Part shown: in pieces, positions 62,301-64,000 of the stretch | Numbering within the stretch: the stretch's first letter is position 1 | How the letters are laid out: every line of letters begins with the position of its first letter | Assembly (NCBI RefSeq): GCF_001194135.2 | Contig: NC_068990.1 | Coordinates: 91,974,146-92,038,145, forward strand | DNA from: Octopus bimaculoides | Taxonomy: Eukaryota | Reading direction: 5' to 3' | DNA length: 64,000 nucleotides | Notes under the pieces: model-generated | What the model was told of the DNA's origin: nothing | The model's input: only the letters and a program-made list of their open reading frames with translations | The model's database searches: none | Made by a program: the position numbers and the translations under genes

Positions 62301-62496
62301 GTCCCAAAACAGGTCTACAGAACAGACTACTGTTTCACCTCTCCCACAAGTTCAGTGATGAAAACAGTTTGATGGATTACCACCAAAATCTTCAGGATAT
62401 TCTGGAAGACCAGTTGTCCCTTGCAGCTATACATTACTTACGTAACCATTACCAAGAAGCTATTGATGTTTATAAGAGGATCCTTCTAGACAACAG
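62301..62496 (+). CDS. TTC26: TTC26/IFT56 exon 5 ([13 protein letters not shown]...[31 protein letters not shown])
   Basis: ggaaag acceptor, ag|gtaagc donor, 196 nt; very close to the human sequence. Confidence 0.98.
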
Positions 62497-62589
62497 GTAA
62501 GCCTACCCACAACACTGTTCAGTGATCTTCACAACAACACTTAGTGCCCTGTGAAATTAAGTGGGGTTCATTTTGTACAGTTCACAGGT

Positions 62590-62830
62590 CCTTATTCATC
62601 CCTGGATGAGGACAGCTGGGTAAAAAAGTGTCACACCCTAGCAGTAGAGGGAACCTGTGGAAGCGGTAGACCCAAGAAGACCTGGGATGAGGTGGTGAAG
62701 CACGACCTTTGAACGTTGGGCCTCACCGAGGCGATGACAAGTGACCGAGACCTTTGGAGATATGCTGTGCTTGAGAAGACCTGGCAAACCAAGTGAGACT
62801 GTAACCGTGGCCTGTGCACATGCAGCATAA
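62590..62830 (+). mobile_element. RTE LINE C-terminal fragment in TTC26 intron 5 (related pieces at 45890-45990 + and 33590-33800 -)
   Basis: DEDSWVKKCHTLAVEGTCGSGRPKKTWDEVVKHDL*TLGLTEAMTSDRDLWRYAVLEKT. Confidence 0.8.
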
Positions 62831-63035
62831 CCAGCCCATTTAAGAGCACCCTTCAATCATTGGGCAACCCCTGATTGGCACGTAAAGAGCACCATTCAAG
62901 TGTGGTCGATACCAGTGTTGGCTGACTGGCTTTCATTGCTCTTTCTCTCTTTATTTGACTTCTGTGGCTACCTTCTTCCCCTTCTTTTAATCTTATCCAG
63001 TGAGGTGTAGTGATCTGAGCTTTATATACAATAAG

Positions 63036-63069
<34 letters not shown>

Positions 63070-63174
63070 GCTGGCGGAATCATTAGCTTGTCAGACAAAA
63101 TGCTTAGTGGCATTTCTTACTGGTCTTTATGTTTAGAGCTCAAATCAGTCAATCTCTCTCTCTCTCTCTCTCAT

Positions 63175-63220
<46 letters not shown>

Positions 63221-63265
63221 TGTCTGTTCTGTCTATCTATCTATCTATCTGTTTATTTATTGTAG

Positions 63266-63335
63266 AGATTACCTGGCATTGAATGTCTATATAGCCCTGT
63301 GTTACCATAAACTTGACTACTATGATGTCTCACAA
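63266..63335 (+). CDS. TTC26: TTC26/IFT56 exon 6 ([23 protein letters not shown]); gene continues beyond the window
   Basis: ttgtag acceptor, caa|gtaagt donor, 70 nt. Human has [23 protein letters not shown]. Confidence 0.97.
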
Positions 63336-64000
63336 GTAAGTACTTCATATATAAAATAGATTCTTGGAACAAAGACAGCCATTGAAATATAATTGGCAGA
63401 TAACAGATTAGATGTAGGGCTGCCATTGGTCAAGGTCGACCGTACACCTGTATATGCATTTGCAGACCAGGGCAAGAGTGTTGTGAGAAAGACTGGTAGT
63501 TGGCCATGCATGCAAGCTTTCTCCTCTTCACACCACTGATGTTATCCAAGGGAAAGGCCACTGACTTTGGTCAACACCACTAGGCATCGGTGTTATCACA
63601 AGCGTTGCTCTGATGGAATTGGGAAAACTGTTACAAGGCTGGACAAGATATCACAAGGTATTATCTTGACCAACCTTCTAACTGTCCTCACAATCCACTG
63701 CCTTCGACTTGCACTTTCTTTTCCGACCTTTGCAAGATTTGAACTCAGAGTGTGGACAGTTGGAACAAATAGCACTCTGCATTCTCTGTCGTACAACAGT
63801 TTTGCAGAAATATTTCTGACTGAAAATACCATACATGCATGGAATTATGATTTTATGCATCCAACAAAATATTGCTAAGTTGAAGCTGTTGCTAATGTAA
63901 AAAGAAGTGGAATGGTGAGACTATTTTTTTGCTTCCTGAAAAAGCAAATGTTTTGGACTTATGACACTTTTGCATAATAGCAACAATATATATATATATA

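Overview
Eukaryotic, AT-rich, repeat-dense scaffold with eight N gaps. The SINE and microsatellite landscape looks like a coleoid cephalopod, probably Octopus (from recall, not a search). Two intron-rich + strand genes were reconstructed by hand. The first is a complete 16-coding-exon PLA2G6/iPLA2-beta (30429-53815, 780 aa, all splice phases consistent, ankyrin repeats plus GGGIRG/GTSTG/DGG patatin motifs). The second is the first six coding exons of TTC26/IFT56 (58895-63335), which runs off the window. The rest is tRNA-derived SINEs, RTE, R4/Dong-like and CR1-like LINE fragments, a mariner remnant, MITEs, fold-backs and microsatellites. The best non-obvious signal is a dispersed short repeat whose consensus folds as a minimal Penelope-type hammerhead ribozyme, although every copy here has lesions. 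Also notable are two ~100-bp inverted repeats at gap edges and an X-box plus ETS/CRE module at the TTC26 start. No wholly new system can be claimed from sequence alone.
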